64,000 bases of DNA from Dehalococcoidia bacterium (GCA_965262725.1 OZ253555.1:1440001-1504000); one strand, 5' to 3'; shown: positions 20,988 to 31,652, counted from the first letter of the stretch. The notes: generated by a model from the sequence alone, not told the origin. Translations and numbers: made by a program.

Positions 20988-21608
20988 GTGCCTCTAGTCG
21001 GTGTTGTCTGCGAAGGCGACGGTGACGAAGAAGCGCTTCGCGTACTGCTATACAGGATCGCGGCGACCGAGAATCTGCCACTCGTGCCCGGCGAGGTGCT
21101 ACCAGCACGCGGGCGGGGCAACCTCACAACGCCGGGCGGTATCGAGAAGTACTTTCGCCTTGTCGCGACCGGGCACGTCGCCGTGTTGATCGTGCTCGAT
21201 GCCGATCGAGACTGCCCCGTCCAGCTCGCACGCGGCCTCGCCCGCCGAATTCGCGCGCTCCGTCCGTCAATTGCCGTGGGGATCACCGCAGCCAATGCCG
21301 CCTTCGAGGCGTGGTTCCTTGCGGACCTTAGTTCGATTGCGGGCCAGACCGTGAAGGGCCGGATACTGATCCCGGATTTGGGCGAGCCACCGGCCGACCC
21401 CGACGGCGTCCACAATCCGAAGGCGAGGCTAATCGCTTTGACGGCAGCCGCGACGACTTACAAGGAAACCAGCGACCAGCCCTCACTCGCGTCGATGATC
21501 GACCCGGATGTGGTCGCCGAGCGCTCACGATCGTTCCGCCGGCTCGTCGGCGCGCTCCGCGGTCTAGCGGACGCCGTTGCCACCGGCCGCGTGGACGTCA
21601 CACCCTAG
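20988..21608 (+). CDS. DUF4276-like TOPRIM-fold protein
   Basis: VCEGDGDE, VLDAD..CP, FEAWFLAD, YKETSDQ, SRSFRRL. Confidence 0.75.
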   Translation: MPLVGVVCEGDGDEEALRVLLYRIAATENLPLVPGEVLPARGRGNLTTPGGIEKYFRLVATGHVAVLIVLDADRDCPVQLARGLARRIRALRPSIAVGITAANAAFEAWFLADLSSIAGQTVKGRILIPDLGEPPADPDGVHNPKARLIALTAAATTYKETSDQPSLASMIDPDVVAERSRSFRRLVGALRGLADAVATGRVDVTP

Positions 21609-21997
21609 CCGCGACGGACTGACTGGGCGCAGGCAAACATAGGTCCAATGCGAGAAGGCGCTCGAGTCGCTTGCAAACTGTTTGGCGGTGAGTCAAGCAC
21701 GTGGCCTGCGGGTTCGATAGAACTAGCTCAGCGTTAGGCTACGATTCTGCAATGCGCGATAGACCAGGCTGTATTCTCTCACGCTAGGCATGCAGGTGTA
21801 CGGAGAGCTGAAGCGAGATATCTTTGGTACTCAGAGGGCGGCGACATGATCGGCGGCCCGGCTCCCTAGTCCGCGGCGATCGAGTGCGAGTGTCGTCAGT
21901 CCCGTACCCCGGCGGGTTGGTGCGACGCGCTGCTGCTGTCGCCGGCGTCTCGGGCGCTGCGGGTCCCGTCGCCCGGCACGCCGGCTCGCGGGGGGCA

Positions 21998-23208
21998 GTG
22001 AGCGGTCGAGCGATGCTTGTACTCTTCCCGGACACGAATCTCTTCATCCAGTGCCGCGCCCTGGAGGAGCTCGACTGATCGGTCTGGTCGGCCTTCTCCG
22101 AGGTCGACGTCATCGTGAGCCGACCCGTGCAGCGCGAGATCGACAGTCAGAAGAACCGCGGCAACGACCGCGTCGGGCGTCGCGCACGCAAAGCCAACCA
22201 GCTGTTCCGGCGCATGCTCGAGTCCGAGGAGGGCCGCACGGTGGTTCGGGAGTCGGCTCCACGCGTCACTTTGTCCCTAGCGGGACCGGGCAGGCCGAGC
22301 GCGGCGGCGAGCGACATCCTCGACTACAGCAAGCCCGACGACGAGATTGTCGGCCACATCTGCGAGTACCGGGAGCGGCATCCCGCATGAGACGCGAGGC
22401 TCCTCACGGGCGATTCCGGGCAGATGATGACGGCGAAGGCCCTTGATGTTCCGTACGTCCCGATCCCCGACACGTGGCGCCTCGACCCCGAACCCTGCGA
22501 GGCGGAGAAGGAGAACCGGCGCCTCCGAGCCAGAATCGCGGAACTGGAGGCCGGTCCTCAGGTCGAGGTTGCGTTCGTGGACGACGCCGGCGACGTGATC
22601 GCGGAGAGGGGGATCCTGGTGGGGCTCCATCACGAGCTACACGTGGCTTCCGGAGGCATCCCGTTCACGGTGAGGGCGCGGAACGGAGGTACCCGGCCCG
22701 CCAGGCACACGCTGATCGAGTTCCTTGCACGGGGCCATCTCTCGGTGCGCTCCGACTGGAAGGACATCGAGAGTGCCGAGGCCGAACTCATCGAGCCGAC
22801 CCTCTCTCTTCCGTCTCCGCCGGCGTTTGAACTGGGCCTGAGCTCGCTTGCGGCGAGTCTCTGGCCGTCACGCTCGGGCGGCGACAACTACCCCGCGATC
22901 CCGATGCGTTCTACCACCGGGACGGGCGGCCGCGGAGGCGCGTGACGTCATACGCCCTCGAGTGCGAGCAATGGCGCCACCATGCGGGCACGGAGCACAT
23001 CCGCGGCGAGGTGTTCCTCGGGACGGGCGGCGGGGACATCGATGGGACGGTTGCGTGCGTCGTTCACGCCGACAATCTGCCCGCGCCGGTCAGGGCGGTC
23101 GCGGCGGTCCGCGTCACCGTTGAGCCTCTCACCGCTCTCGATCGGGCGCGCGCGATGGTCCTTGAGGTCGCCGAGCGCGACGATCTCGCTCCCGGCCGCC
23201 GCCGGTGA
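21998..23208 (+). pseudogene. PIN-domain protein, inactivated
   Basis: FPDTNLF, VQREID, PDDEIV, LLTGD motifs in one frame broken by TGA at 22076 and 22388, plus a frameshift near 22920. Confidence 0.7.
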
Positions 23209-23573
23209 GGCGCGCGGCGAGCGCGTTGCGCGTGCGAGGCGATGAGGGCCGATGCTGCGCCCGTGGCGCTCTAAAGAGCACCGAATCCGTCGCCTCGTCG
23301 ACCAGCGGTACGCTCCATCGCCCTCCGGCGAAGAAGCGCCCGTTGTTGAACACTTGGATTCCGGCCGGAATGTCGATGACCCAGGGGAGGTCCGCCCCCT
23401 CGTCTGGAAGGCCTCTGGTGCGCTTGCCGTCATCCACCTTACGCATCAGCGATCAGGCCGCATTCCCCATCAGAGGCTGGCGCACCGATCAGTGCCGGTG
23501 GCAACACCCCCGACTGCTTTCGCGCACGGGCGGGCGCTCCACTACGATCACGTTCGATCTCTGGAGGGACAGC

Positions 23574-26507
23574 GTGACCACGGTCCCCGACACGTCGGCT
23601 TCGGCGTTTGCCGCGAAATGGCGAGACAACGCCTGGCGTGAGCGCGCCTCCTCGCAGGAGCACTTCATCGACCTCTGCCGGCTGCTCGGCGCGCCGACAC
23701 CCAACGAGGCCGACCCCGGTGGCGAGTGGTACAGTTTCGAGGCACGGGCGGAGCGCACGAGCACCGGCGGCACGGGCGCCGCCGATGTCTGGAAGCGCGG
23801 CGTCTTCGGCTGGGAGTACAAGGGCGCCCACGCCGACCTCGGCGCTGCCTACCGCCAGCTCCTCGACTACCGCGAGGCGATCGAGAACCCGCCTCTTCTC
23901 GTCGTCAGCGACATGGACCGCATCGAGGTCCACACCAACTTCACCGGCACGCGCCCCGTCGTCCACGCCGCCACCCTCGAGGATCTTGCCGAGGGCGGGG
24001 AGCGCACGTCGCGTGCGCTGCGCGTGCTGCGCGCCGTCATGGAGGACCCCGAGGCTCTGCGGCCGGAGCAGACGCCGGACGAGGTCACGAAGCTCGCCGC
24101 TTCGCGCTTCGCCGTCATCGCGCGCTCGATGCAGGAGCGCGGACACGAGCCGCAGGCCGTGGCGCACTTCCTCAACCGCGTGCTGTTCTGCCTCTTCGCC
24201 GAGGACGTCGGGCTGCTTCCGCGGGACCTGATGACCGACTTGATCCGCTCGCGTGCCCGCGAGCCGGAGGCGTTCACGGCAGGTCTCGCCGAGCTGTTCC
24301 GGCTGATGTCCGAGGCGGGCGGCTGGTTCGGCACGCAGCGCATCGAGTGGTTCAACGGCGGGTTGTTTGACGACGCGGCGGCGCTCGGCTTCACGCGCGA
24401 TGAGCTGCGTGCCGTCGCCGAGGCGTCCGAACTGGACTGGTCGCAGGTGGAGCCGGCGATCCTCGGCACACTCTTCGAGCGCGGGCTGGACCCGGCCAAG
24501 CGCGGTCAGCTGGGGGCGCACTACACGGACCGCGAGAAGATCATGATGGTCGTCGAGCCGGTGGCGCTGACGCCGCTGCGCCGTGAGTTCGCGGAGATGC
24601 GGGAGCGAGTTGCGGCGCTGGCCGCGGGCCAGGAGTTGAGCCCGCCCACCCGCGCGGGTCGTCGCCGTGCGAGGCAGGCGTTGCAGCGTTGGGAGCGCGA
24701 CGCCGAGGACGAGTGGCGCGCGATTCTGGAGCGGCTGCGCGCGGTGCGCGTGCTCGATCCGGCCTGCGGAAGCGGCAACTTCCTCTACGTCACGCTACGC
24801 CAGCTCAAGGACCTGGAGCACGCGGCGATTCGCTGGGGCGCCGAGCGGCTGCGTATCACGGGCGAGTTCCCGCAGACCGGCCCGCACAACATGCTGGGCA
24901 TCGAGATCAACCCGTACGCACGCGAGCTGGCGGGCGTCTCGATCTGGATCGGGCACATTCAGTGGATGCTCGACCACGGCTACGGCTTCCCGCGCGACCC
25001 GGTGCTGCGACCGCTCGACAACATCGAGTTGCGCGACGCGATCCTCGCGCGCGACGCCGAGGGCGCCCCGGTCCCGGCCTCCTGGCCCGCGGCGGAGTTC
25101 ATCGTCGGCAACCCGCCGTTTCTGGGCTTGCGGCGCTTGCGGGAGTCGTTGGGCGACCAGTACGTCGACGACTTGTACGAATCATGGTCGGGTGAGGTAG
25201 CCCGTGAGTCAGACCTTGTCTGCTACTGGCACGAGATGGCTCGCCGCCAGATCGCTGCGGGAACGACCAAGCGGGCGGGGCTCTTGGCGACGAACTCTAT
25301 CCGTGGAGGCCCGAACCGGCGCACACTTGCACGAATCAACGGCAGCGGAGCCATCTTCATGGCGTGGTCGGACGAGCCGTGGACCGTGGACGGCGCTGCC
25401 GTCCGCGTGTCCGTCGTGGCTCAGGATGACGGAACAGAGATCGAGCGGCACCTCGACGGTGAGCCCGTGGGCGCCATTCACAATGACCTCACCGGCGATG
25501 TTGACCTCACCGGAGCGCGACGACTCCCCGAGAACAATGGCGTCTCGTTTCAGGGCGACATCATGGTTGGGCCGTTTGATATCGCTGGCGAACTCGCTCG
25601 CGAGATGTTGCGCGCGCCGACGAACATCAACGGACGCACGAACGCCGACGTGGTGGTGCCGTGGGTGGTCGGCATCGATGTCGTGCGCCGCCCGCGGGAC
25701 ATGTTCGTGATTGACTTTGGTACTGAGATGACCGAGGAGGAAGCGGCAGCGTATGAAATGCCCTTCGCCTACATTGAGGAGCACATCCGGCCCGCGCGCT
25801 TGAATAACCGGATGAAGCGCCGCCGGGAGCAATGGTGGTTGCATGGGAGCCCCGCAGCCGAGATGCGTGCGTCACTGGCTCCGCTGGATCGGTTCGCTGC
25901 CACACTCAAGGTGGGGAAGCACCGGGTGTTCGTGTGGCTGTCCGCGCCTCAGCTCCCCTCGCAGCAACTCATCGTCGTTGCTCGCTCGGATGACTACGCG
26001 TTTGGCGTCCTCCACTCGCGGGCGCACGAGCTATGGGCTCTGCGTACCGGAACGTGGATGGGCGTCGGGAATGACCCGCAATACACACCGACCTCGGCAT
26101 TCGAGACCTTCCCCTTCCCGTGGCCGCTCGACACGCCAGACGAGGCTCTGACGGCGCAGCAGCGAGGGCATCGCGACGCGATCGGCGCCGCGGCACGGGC
26201 GCTCGACGAGGCACGGCGGCTCTGGCTCAACCCGCCGGAGTGGGTGCGCGAGGAATCGGACGTGCTGCCCTCGCTGCCCCCGCGCTTGCTCCCCGTCGAC
26301 GAGGCCGCCGAGCGCGAGCTGCGCAAGCGCACGCTCACCAACCTCTACAACACGCGCCCGGCCTGGCTCTCCCATTTCCACGCGGCCCTCGACACGGCCG
26401 TCTTCGCTGCCTACGGTTGGCCAGAGGCGGGCGCGCCAGAGGACCTGGGTGACGAAGAGATGCTGGAGCGTCTCGTGGAGTTGAACCTCGGGCGCGCGGG
26501 CCTGTGA
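23574..26507 (+). CDS. Type IIG (MmeI-like) fused restriction endonuclease-methyltransferase
   Basis: ADVWKRGVFGWEYK nuclease motif, GAHYT, LDPACGSGNF (motif I), GNPPF (motif IV), C-terminal TRD; RBS GGAGGG. Confidence 0.88.
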   Translation: MTTVPDTSASAFAAKWRDNAWRERASSQEHFIDLCRLLGAPTPNEADPGGEWYSFEARAERTSTGGTGAADVWKRGVFGWEYKGAHADLGAAYRQLLDYREAIENPPLLVVSDMDRIEVHTNFTGTRPVVHAATLEDLAEGGERTSRALRVLRAVMEDPEALRPEQTPDEVTKLAASRFAVIARSMQERGHEPQAVAHFLNRVLFCLFAEDVGLLPRDLMTDLIRSRAREPEAFTAGLAELFRLMSEAGGWFGTQRIEWFNGGLFDDAAALGFTRDELRAVAEASELDWSQVEPAILGTLFERGLDPAKRGQLGAHYTDREKIMMVVEPVALTPLRREFAEMRERVAALAAGQELSPPTRAGRRRARQALQRWERDAEDEWRAILERLRAVRVLDPACGSGNFLYVTLRQLKDLEHAAIRWGAERLRITGEFPQTGPHNMLGIEINPYARELAGVSIWIGHIQWMLDHGYGFPRDPVLRPLDNIELRDAILARDAEGAPVPASWPAAEFIVGNPPFLGLRRLRESLGDQYVDDLYESWSGEVARESDLVCYWHEMARRQIAAGTTKRAGLLATNSIRGGPNRRTLARINGSGAIFMAWSDEPWTVDGAAVRVSVVAQDDGTEIERHLDGEPVGAIHNDLTGDVDLTGARRLPENNGVSFQGDIMVGPFDIAGELAREMLRAPTNINGRTNADVVVPWVVGIDVVRRPRDMFVIDFGTEMTEEEAAAYEMPFAYIEEHIRPARLNNRMKRRREQWWLHGSPAAEMRASLAPLDRFAATLKVGKHRVFVWLSAPQLPSQQLIVVARSDDYAFGVLHSRAHELWALRTGTWMGVGNDPQYTPTSAFETFPFPWPLDTPDEALTAQQRGHRDAIGAAARALDEARRLWLNPPEWVREESDVLPSLPPRLLPVDEAAERELRKRTLTNLYNTRPAWLSHFHAALDTAVFAAYGWPEAGAPEDLGDEEMLERLVELNLGRAGL

Positions 26508-26759
26508 TGGAGTGCCCGGGTGCCGGCACCCAAGTCGGATGCCGCAACACCTGCGAGACATGACACGGGCTGACAGACGGCACCATCGCGCGCGGGCGCA
26601 GCCCTGGGTCGAAGCGCGGTCAGGTTGTCGGCCGTGGTCCGGCGATTCCTGACGACCAACCCGACCACGGCGAAGACGAGTAGTCGCAGCCGCATGGTCC
26701 GCCCGGCGAGCATTCGGCCCGCCAACCGAAGGCCTACCGTCAGTCGAGGCGAGCGCGCG

Positions 26760-27225
26760 GCGATGCGGAGGGGGTGGCCGTGTGTGGTCCGCTGCTCGCC
26801 GTCGCCGGTGCGCTCCTCTCCTGGCTGCTTGCCTGGCCCGCCCACGCGGAGCAGGCATCGGATCCGCTCGCCGCCCTCACCCGGGCCGGCGCTCCTCTCG
26901 TCGCTGTCAACAGCGTTCGGATAGTGATCCAGGTCAGCGGCCGGATGGTGGTCCACTCCGGCGCCACCCCGCCGGCGAGGCCGATGGCGGCTTCCGCCAC
27001 GACCCCGCCCACCGCAGAGCCGGGCGCCGCCCCCGCAATCGGCATTCCCGGGATCCCGAGCCCCTCCGACCTCTGAGCGGCCTCGACCCGCGCGAGTGGG
27101 CGGTTGCGATCCTCGACGGCGTCGTGAGCGCGCTCGGGCGGGAGCTGCTCGGGGCGATGCGCGGCTTATCGACTGGGTGCTGGGCTTCGGCTACTCGTGG
27201 CTCAACTTCGTCACGCGCACGGTGA
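26760..27225 (+). pseudogene. Fragment of a membrane protein, possibly conjugation-related
   Basis: Signal-like hydrophobic start, P-rich linker, internal TGA, then LDPREWAVAILDG...LNFVTRT across a frameshift. Confidence 0.3.
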
Positions 27226-27275
27226 GGAACCGGCGCTGGCGCGCGCGAGGCATCTGATAGGATGATGCGAGGCCA

Positions 27276-29288
27276 ATGAAGATAACGATCTCGAAACTCA
27301 CGTCTGCTGACGTTGACTCTGTCGACGAACTGATGAAACGTCATACGAGCACGATTGGCTTTCTTCCGCGAATCGTGCTTGAGGATCACGCCACCAAGGA
27401 ATGGATATTAGGAGCCACGACTCAGGACGGGACACTCGCTGGATACCTTCTGTACGCAGCCTATCCGGACCGCTTCCGCATTGTGCATCTCTGCGTGGCG
27501 GAGGCTTTCAGAAACCAAGGACTCGCCAGAAGACTTCTTGATGCCATAAAGGCTCGCACGACTACCCAAAAGGTCGTGAAGCTCAGCTGCCGGAACGACT
27601 TCCCGGCGCATCACATGTGGCCAAAACTGGGTTTCGTGCCTATAGCTGAGAGATCTGGGCGATCTAAGGCCGGACATCCTCTAACGCTTTGGCGCCTTGT
27701 ACTAGCGACTGATGATCAATTGGCACTCTTTCGTGCGAATGTCTCAGACGAGACGCTTGATGTGATCATCGATTCCCAAGTATTCTTCGATTTCGATGAA
27801 CCAGACAGTGACAAGGCACAGCCGTCCAAGGCTTTGCTTGCAGACTTCTTCGTAGACTCTATTGCTATTTGGGTCACTGATGAATTGCTCACTGAAATCA
27901 GCCGCAATTCCAGTGCTAGTCGACGGGCAGAGGCAAGGACGCGCGCCAGTCAGTTTCTTGAGCTGCGATATGATCCACTCTTGCTTGATAGCCTCACTGA
28001 ATCACTAAAACAGATTCTTCCTAGCAGCAGCGCAAGTCAGATATCAGATATCAATCATTTGGCTAAGGCTGCTGCGTCTGATGTCAGTATTTTTGTCACC
28101 AGAGACCAGGACTTGCTGAAGAAATCAGACCAGATTTGTGATTTGGTGAATCTCCAGTTATTGTCCCCTACTGAGTTGATTATGAGGTTGCGCGAGCTTT
28201 CAGAAGTGACGTCTAATGTTCCGGATTGTGTTTCTGGTCTTGGTCTCGAATGGAGAACTCTATCCTCCAGCGACTTGTCAGATTTCCCGTTCAAGATCTT
28301 TCTCGAACAAGGGGAACGACTCGGGCAGTTTAGAGAGAAGTTGGACTACTTTCTCGTGGAACCTGTTCACGAACTGGAGGTCCTGTGGTCCAGGAAGAAG
28401 CCTGTGGCGCTGCGAGTCCTGTCCTATAGCTCCCCCAGGGTACTCACCGTGTCTCTCGGTAGGGTGGCGAATTCTCAGGACAGTGCATTGTACGGCCGCT
28501 TTCTAATCTCGGACATCATCTATAAGGCGACGCGGAAGAATCTGGAGATGATCAAGTTCGACACCGCCACGCTCCCGATCAGTCTCATGCAAGGACTTTC
28601 TGAAATGGGATTCACGAAATCTGGTAGTGATTTCGTGAGATTCTGTTTCCCACGTTACCTTGATCATATGGAGGCTCTGTCGGAGATTGCTCGAGTGTTC
28701 CCCGAGCATGTGGAAGAATACCGGAGTATGACACATTCAGATTTGGAGCGGTCTTGCTCCCCTCTCCTGTCCGACCTGGACCAAGGGTATTTCCTAGTTC
28801 CTATTCGACAAGGTTATGCTCTTAGCCTCTTTGACAGACAACAAGCCTCGCGCGATCTGTTCGGCGGGCTACAAGAGATTCTACTTCGCTGGAGTAACGT
28901 GTATTATCGGGCAGGGAATTTTCACAAAATGATTAAGGCCCCTGGACGGATATTATGGTATGTAAGTGGGACAGGTGGTGCGGTTGTGGCCGTGTCTCAC
29001 CTTGATGCAGTTATAGTCGACACTCCTAAAGAACTTCTTCGGAAGTTCAAGAATTATGGAGTTTTCCAGTGGACTGATCTCTACAAGATATGCGGGGATG
29101 ATATATCCGCGAAGCTTATGGCCCTGCGCTTCTCGCATACATTCCCGCTTCGTAGGCGAGTTCTACTAGATGAAATTTGGAGAGTCTTCGATGAGGATGG
29201 CGTCGGTCGATCCTTACAGGCGCCAAGAAAGCTACCAACGAAGACTTTCCGGAAGCTGTTTCAGTTGGGATACGTGGCGCGGCCATGA
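27276..29288 (+). CDS. GNAT acetyltransferase-PIN-PUA-like multidomain protein
   Basis: HLCVAEAFRNQGLARRL (acetyl-CoA motif), IIDSQVF...DINHL...FVTRD (PIN), C-terminal NVYYR...PGRILWYVS; low GC. Confidence 0.75.
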   Translation: MKITISKLTSADVDSVDELMKRHTSTIGFLPRIVLEDHATKEWILGATTQDGTLAGYLLYAAYPDRFRIVHLCVAEAFRNQGLARRLLDAIKARTTTQKVVKLSCRNDFPAHHMWPKLGFVPIAERSGRSKAGHPLTLWRLVLATDDQLALFRANVSDETLDVIIDSQVFFDFDEPDSDKAQPSKALLADFFVDSIAIWVTDELLTEISRNSSASRRAEARTRASQFLELRYDPLLLDSLTESLKQILPSSSASQISDINHLAKAAASDVSIFVTRDQDLLKKSDQICDLVNLQLLSPTELIMRLRELSEVTSNVPDCVSGLGLEWRTLSSSDLSDFPFKIFLEQGERLGQFREKLDYFLVEPVHELEVLWSRKKPVALRVLSYSSPRVLTVSLGRVANSQDSALYGRFLISDIIYKATRKNLEMIKFDTATLPISLMQGLSEMGFTKSGSDFVRFCFPRYLDHMEALSEIARVFPEHVEEYRSMTHSDLERSCSPLLSDLDQGYFLVPIRQGYALSLFDRQQASRDLFGGLQEILLRWSNVYYRAGNFHKMIKAPGRILWYVSGTGGAVVAVSHLDAVIVDTPKELLRKFKNYGVFQWTDLYKICGDDISAKLMALRFSHTFPLRRRVLLDEIWRVFDEDGVGRSLQAPRKLPTKTFRKLFQLGYVARP

Positions 29289-29824
29289 CTGCGTCATCGA
29301 CCCCTTTGCTCCTGTCGTTGAAACCATACTACTGGGACCTGATTTTCGAAGGCCAGAAGAGGGCTGAACTAAGACGTCGAGGCATGGCGGGCATGAAGGG
29401 CTGCGACGTATTCGCGTACATCAGCAGTCCTGTGATGGAATTGCAAGGTGGGTTCCGCGTCGGAGAGGTGTGGACTGGAACTCCAGAGGAGGTTTGGAGC
29501 GCGGTGTCCGACTACGCTGGCGTCGACAGGCCTGATTTCGATGCTTACTACGCGGGGCGGTCCATCGCGTATGCCTTGGAGATCACGGAGGTGTGGCGAT
29601 ATGCGAATCCAGTGGGGCTGACCGCGTTGCGGGCCCGGTTCCAGGATTTCGTTGTGCCGCAGTCCTGGCGGTATGTGAAGCCTAACGAGCGGCGGTGGTT
29701 CCAAAGGATGCAGCGTGGCCGGGAATCAAGGGCGGCGCTTGCCGCGTCACCCGAACTCGCTGACGGCGGCAGGAGCAATGAGTCATGGCGACGCTCCAGA
29801 CTTCATGGTCTCAAACGCTACTGA
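29285..29824 (+). CDS. ASCH domain protein
   Basis: LLSLKPYYWDLIFEGQKRAELRR, YISSP, PQSWRY; ATGA overlap with the upstream gene. Confidence 0.85.
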   Translation: MTASSTPLLLSLKPYYWDLIFEGQKRAELRRRGMAGMKGCDVFAYISSPVMELQGGFRVGEVWTGTPEEVWSAVSDYAGVDRPDFDAYYAGRSIAYALEITEVWRYANPVGLTALRARFQDFVVPQSWRYVKPNERRWFQRMQRGRESRAALAASPELADGGRSNESWRRSRLHGLKRY

Positions 29825-30109
29825 GGCCGTGGTGAGAAGGCAAGGTGGAACCGGTCATCGAGACGGACTTGGCGACACTTGGTCGCTCGCGCGGCTTCGC
29901 AGACGCGCTTGTCAGGGTGCGCCACCGCACACGTTCGCGACGCCCGTGCGCCCGGAAGTGCCGGACCAAAGACGTCTCGTAGCTACAAGTGGTGCACAGC
30001 TTGAGATCGCCAGAAGCGACGTTCTGGCACCAAGCCGAGTGAGCGTGCGGCCGGGTCCGGCCGGGCAGAACCGATCTGGCCGACCGGACCCGTGACGGTA
30101 ACGAGGCTC

Positions 30110-30427
30110 CTAGGTTCGCCAAGCCGGAAGCTGACCGTCGTTGAGGGCAACGAGCGCGTCGCGGACCGGCTGCGGCAGACCGGCCCAGGGCGGCAGTGTG
30201 TAGCCGTCGAACCCGGCAACGGGCACCCACTCCCCCGGTGAGACCTCCTCCTCGATGGCCTCGATTGCGTAGTTGTGCAGTCCCCAGATTTGGGTGTGGC
30301 AGCGGTAGGGGCCGGCCGCCTCGATGGCAGCGGCGACCTCGTCGGTGAAGTTGTGACCGTCGCCGTCGTCGAAGCCGAACTTCGAGAATGCGTCGGTGAT
30401 CTCCCAGCAGATGATCCGTCGTGGCAT
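30110..30427 (-). CDS. Conserved acidic hypothetical protein (105 aa), copy 1
   Basis: RBS AAGGAG; full-length paralog at 39203-39520. Confidence 0.7.
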   Translation of the reverse strand: MPRRIICWEITDAFSKFGFDDGDGHNFTDEVAAAIEAAGPYRCHTQIWGLHNYAIEAIEEEVSPGEWVPVAGFDGYTLPPWAGLPQPVRDALVALNDGQLPAWRT

Positions 30428-30552
30428 CAGGTTCTCCTTCTCTCTCGGTGCTGTCGTGGATGGCGAGGCCGGACGGGGGCGGCGGTCCGGCGTGATCTCC
30501 CACGGTGTGCGCCATGCGCCGCCCCGCCGTGCGCTCCCCGGCCCCGCGTGGG

Positions 30553-31458
30553 TCAGGCCGCCGCTTCCGGCTCCTCCGTCACCGGACTTCGCCCGAGGAT
30601 GTGATCGGCGGCACGCTGTCCCTGCGCGGCGGCGACCACGACCAGGCGCCTGTCGTCGTCGAGCACGCGCAGCCACGAGGCGATGTAGGCGGCGGACTGC
30701 TCAACCCGGGAGGGGTCGATCCCGGCCTCGCTCCCGAGGAAGGCGGCCGCGAACTCCGCCACCAGCTCCTCCTGCGAGTAGCGCTCGGAGCCGAAGCGGG
30801 CGGCCGTCCGGTAGCCCTCGCGCGCGAGGCGGCTCGGGTGCCCGGTGGAGTGGGCGAGCTCGTGGAAGAGCGTCGCGTAGTAGCCGTGCGCATCGCTGAA
30901 GGCTGCGCGCGGCGGCACGTGCACCTCGTCGTGCTCGGGGACGTAGTAGGCGCCCTCGGCGTCCCGGTGGAGCGTCGGTGGGTTCCGGTAGCCCGCGATC
31001 ACCGCCTCCGCGCGTTCCAGCGGATCCGGGCAGCCGCCGTCCACCCGTGCGGGCAACGTCACGCCCTCGCACTGGTCGACGTTGAAGACGGCGTAGAGGC
31101 GGATGAGCGGGAAACGCTCCACCCGCTCGGTATCCTCCCGGTCCCTCCGCTCGATCCACTTCCAGAGCACGACGCGCGTGCCGTGCTCGCCGCGGCGGAC
31201 GTGCCCGCCCGCGGCCTCGGCCTGGCGGTAGGTGAGCCAGCGCGGGTCGCTCCAGCCGCGCTCGAGCGCGGTCATCTGGAGGACCAGCGTGTTGATGCCG
31301 CGGTAGGGGCGGCCCGAGCGGGCGTTGCGGTGCCCGCGTGCGCGCCACGGCGTGCGCCACGGCACGGTGCCGCGCTCAAGCGCGGTGATGATTCGGCCGG
31401 TGATCTCCTGGTAGGGGTCGGTCCGGCCGCCCGGCTGCCTACGCCGCACGGGGAGCAT
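30553..31458 (-). CDS. ardC: ArdC-like antirestriction protein (ssDNA-binding + zincin domain), copy 1
   Basis: PYQEIT...PWRTPW, YRGIN, WLTYRQA, VFNVDQ, YYATLFHELAHSTGH, YSQEELVAE. Confidence 0.9.
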   Translation of the reverse strand: MLPVRRRQPGGRTDPYQEITGRIITALERGTVPWRTPWRARGHRNARSGRPYRGINTLVLQMTALERGWSDPRWLTYRQAEAAGGHVRRGEHGTRVVLWKWIERRDREDTERVERFPLIRLYAVFNVDQCEGVTLPARVDGGCPDPLERAEAVIAGYRNPPTLHRDAEGAYYVPEHDEVHVPPRAAFSDAHGYYATLFHELAHSTGHPSRLAREGYRTAARFGSERYSQEELVAEFAAAFLGSEAGIDPSRVEQSAAYIASWLRVLDDDRRLVVVAAAQGQRAADHILGRSPVTEEPEAAA

Positions 31459-31648
31459 CCCCGCGAGGGCGCGGCTCGAGACGCTCATAGAGCGTGAGAC
31501 GGATCGCCCGCCCGGTGGGGCGATCGGCATCGACGGCCTGGATGAGGGAGGCCCGGAAGCCCGGGATCGGGCATTCGGGCAGCGGGATCCGGGCGACGTC
31601 GTAGCGTCCGTGGCGCGTCTCGATGACGCGGCTGGGGCGGTAGGCCAT
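31439..31648 (-). CDS. Small hypothetical protein (69 aa), copy 1
   Basis: Same-length paralog at 37979-38188; sits between rad52-like and ardC. Confidence 0.6.
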   Translation of the reverse strand: MAYRPSRVIETRHGRYDVARIPLPECPIPGFRASLIQAVDADRPTGRAIRLTLYERLEPRPRGDAPRAA

Positions 31649-31652
31649 CGGT

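Noticed and set aside
21998-22945. Two in-frame TGA codons as selenocysteine or recoding
   Set aside because: TGA is a normal stop throughout the window, the first TGA looks like a TGG-to-TGA change, and the gene also has a frameshift.
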